From positions 1 to 57,370 of the forward strand of contig CAUQVP010000001.1 in the NCBI GenBank assembly GCA_963521545.1: 57,370 nucleotides of DNA. The letters are read 5' to 3'. Source of the stretch: an uncultured Flavobacteriaceae bacterium (GTDB lineage: Bacteria; Bacteroidota; Bacteroidia; Flavobacteriales; Weeksellaceae). Position 1 is the first letter of the stretch; the number at the start of each line of letters is the position of its first letter. A program made the translations under genes and the position numbers. Positions 55,312 to 57,370 of this stretch are shown in pieces. The notes beneath the pieces are model-generated. The model made no database searches. It was not told the DNA's origin and worked only from the letters and a program-made list of their open reading frames with translations.

Positions 55312-56244
55312 TTATTTCTTTCCAAAAACAGAAATGTTGATGTATTTCTTTGGGTTTTGTTTTAAATCGCTTATAAGCTCGTTCAGTGAGTTAGAAGTTT
55401 TTGTTAAATTATTGTAAAGCTCTTCGTCTTTCATTAGTTTTCCTAGAGAGCCTTCTCCTCGGTTTATTCCTGCGATTACTTGGTTTAGCTGATTGGCTGT
55501 TTTGCTGAGTTCTTCTATGGCTTGGTTAAGTTTTTTAGCATCTATTTCATCTGCCACTTTTCCGAATTTATCTACTGTATTTTTCGTGGAAACCATCGTT
55601 TGGTTTGCATTATCTAGTAGAGAACTTATTTTATGCTCATTAGAAGACAAAAGTCTGTTGGTTTGGTCAGCTGTAGTTTTGAAAGCTGATACAGTGGCGT
55701 TTAGATTCGCCAAAAGTTGTTTTATTTCTCTTCTGTTCTGCTCGTCTAGGATTTTATTTGTGCTAGCCAGTGTAGAATCTACTTTTGTAAGAACGCTGGA
55801 AACTTTTGGTCCCATTTCGGATGCCATAGCATTGATGGCAGAAAGCTGGAATTTTCCTCCCAATGTATCACCGTCTTTTGCAATTTTATTATCATAAACC
55901 AAATTGATTTTCAGTTGCTTACCGCCCATTAAACTTGGTTCAAAGATTTCTACTGGTGAGTTTTTAGAGAAAGAATACTGGTCATCCACAGAAATTCTTA
56001 CTACGAAACTTATTTTGCCATCTTTAGATGTTATAGGAATAATCTGGTCTACTAAGCCGACTTTCAATCCGTTGATAGTGACTGCGTTAGAGGGTTCTAG
56101 TCCATCCACATTGTCATATTTCACAAAGAAAAAATTATCTGTAGAAAATACATTTTTCCCTTTCAAAAACTGAAAAAATAACATGAAACTTACAATTGCA
56201 AAAACCGCAATAAGTCCCGCTTTTACTTCTTTTGATAAATTCAT
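55312..56244 (-). CDS. MlaD/MCE family protein
   Basis: Trimmed to the ATG at 56242-56244 (MNLSKEVKAGLIAVFAIVSFMLFF). An N-terminal TM helix is followed by an MCE domain (VDGLEPSNAVTINGLKVGLV) and a helical C-terminus. Confidence 0.8.
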   Translation of the reverse strand: MNLSKEVKAGLIAVFAIVSFMLFFQFLKGKNVFSTDNFFFVKYDNVDGLEPSNAVTINGLKVGLVDQIIPITSKDGKISFVVRISVDDQYSFSKNSPVEIFEPSLMGGKQLKINLVYDNKIAKDGDTLGGKFQLSAINAMASEMGPKVSSVLTKVDSTLASTNKILDEQNRREIKQLLANLNATVSAFKTTADQTNRLLSSNEHKISSLLDNANQTMVSTKNTVDKFGKVADEIDAKKLNQAIEELSKTANQLNQVIAGINRGEGSLGKLMKDEELYNNLTKTSNSLNELISDLKQNPKKYINISVFGKK

Positions 56245-56505
56245 TATTATATATGATGTATATTTTGAGGGTGCAAAGATAAGAAAAATCAAAATTATAG
56301 AAACAGGCTTTTGTTAATAAAATGTTAATAAAAAGTTTAAAAAAAATGCAGACACCCAAAAAGCCTTAAATTCCCTGAAAACAGCAATTTTAGTTTTAAA
56401 GTTTTGTTAAAAAATGGACTAACTGACAAAAATCATTTTTATTTTTGTCGAGTTTTTCTAACTTTGCTCCGTTCAAAATAGAAGTAACTCAAAAAGTTTA
56501 CCACT

Positions 56506-57180
56506 ATGAAGATATCCCAATTGATGAAAAAAAGTGTTTTATTTTATAGTCTTATGGCAGGATTGTTGTTTTCTCTTCAGTCTTGTGTTTCCAATTATGT
56601 AGTGGCTACTCCATCAGCATATAAACCAGAAGTTTTAGCAGAAGAAAAGTCTCATTTTACATCTTTGACTCAAGAGTATAAAAAAGAGCTAGAATCAAAT
56701 AAAGCCATTGAAAAAACCGAAGAAAAAACAGTTTCTGCAAGAAAAATGGCAAAGAAAAAATCTTCTACTATAGATGGTATTCTTAGCGAAGCAAACACTT
56801 ACATTGGGACACCATATAGATTTGGCGGGATGACCAGAAGCGGGATAGATTGCTCTGCATTTGTTCTTTCGGTTTATGGTTCAGCCACAGGGATAAATCT
56901 TCCTAGAATCTCTTCGGCTCAGGCTCAGGAAGGAGAAAGAGTAGAAAGAGAACAACTAGAAAAAGGGGATTTACTATTTTTCCAAACAAGAGGAAGCAGA
57001 ATCTCACATGTGGGTATCGTTCAAGAAATTACACCAGAAGGAGAAATCAAATTTATCCATGCATCCACATCTAAAGGAGTTACAATATCTTCCCTAAATG
57101 AAAAATATTGGGGCTTGAGATTCAGATTTGCAAAAAGAATATTGACTAATGAAAAGATCCAAGAAATGGCTTCATTGTAG
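56506..57180 (+). CDS. NlpC/P60 (C40) family peptidoglycan endopeptidase lipoprotein
   Basis: 224 aa with lipobox LQSC. Catalytic motifs GIDCSAFV, SHVGIV and FIHAS. Confidence 0.9.
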   Translation: MKISQLMKKSVLFYSLMAGLLFSLQSCVSNYVVATPSAYKPEVLAEEKSHFTSLTQEYKKELESNKAIEKTEEKTVSARKMAKKKSSTIDGILSEANTYIGTPYRFGGMTRSGIDCSAFVLSVYGSATGINLPRISSAQAQEGERVEREQLEKGDLLFFQTRGSRISHVGIVQEITPEGEIKFIHASTSKGVTISSLNEKYWGLRFRFAKRILTNEKIQEMASL

Positions 57181-57216
57181 ATTTCTAAAGACTATATTTT
57201 AATTTATAATAATAGG

Positions 57217-57249
57217 AGAGGTTTCACTTTTGGGAAATCTCTTTTTTTA
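57217..57249 (+). terminator. rho-independent terminator
   Basis: Stem agaggtttc / gaaatctct followed by a T7 run, after the 57180 stop. Confidence 0.6.
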
Positions 57250-57370
57250 TTTAGGATTAGAAATGATTTATAGAATGCTTTATTCAAAAAAATAATTAAA
57301 TTTGTCATAGTATATTTTTAATCATGTTGGAGAGAAAAAAAGTAGAAGATTTTTTTAAAAAAATAGGAAT

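Noticed and set aside
55493-56173. Plus-strand ORFs 55493-55897 and 55904-56173
   Set aside because: They are antisense to the MlaD-family gene.
57324-57370. Possible start of a plus-strand CDS (MLERKKVEDFFKKIG...) at the window edge
   Set aside because: Only 15 codons are visible and there is no motif, so it cannot be supported.

Overview
This 57.4-kb window looks like a chromosomal segment of a low-GC member of Bacteroidota, class Flavobacteriia. The taxon is an inference from four things: a T9SS-type C-terminal sorting domain, a GldI-like lipoprotein, TAnnTTTG-type -7 promoter boxes, and many lipoprotein 'xxSC' lipoboxes. Most of the window is densely packed housekeeping: eno, aroQ, lon, queE, folD, rpoN, asnS, HU, panD, cdd, ribA, tatA, dut, bshA, msrA, queD, lpxH, Nif3, PPIases, MlaD and NlpC/P60. 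I found no rRNA, tRNA, CRISPR array, transposase or integrase. Three patches look accessory. (1) 6.3-8.3 kb is a very AT-rich islet of four small membrane or lipoproteins, including a tandem paralog pair. (2) 37.6-43.2 kb lies between msrA and the terC terminator. It holds a strongly AT-rich single gene encoding a NERD-nuclease/SF1-helicase fusion, which is a candidate standalone defence gene. Next to it is a five-gene, translationally coupled operon of two cytoplasmic LRR proteins (one fused to an NTF2-fold immunity-like domain), two small unknown proteins and a lipoprotein. This island is my best candidate for an undescribed system, either an orphan poly-immunity locus or a novel sensor/defence operon. 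(3) 50.8-55.3 kb encodes a 1473-aa T9SS cargo protein with two PKD domains and an internally duplicated ~520-aa module. Other points: an outer-membrane-type gene split by a frameshift in a 6-nt homopolymer, a cyclophilin-FKBP dual PPIase next to a GldI-like FKBP, and an EnvC-like protein whose LytM domain has lost all catalytic residues. All family assignments come from motif recognition by eye and need HMM or BLAST confirmation.
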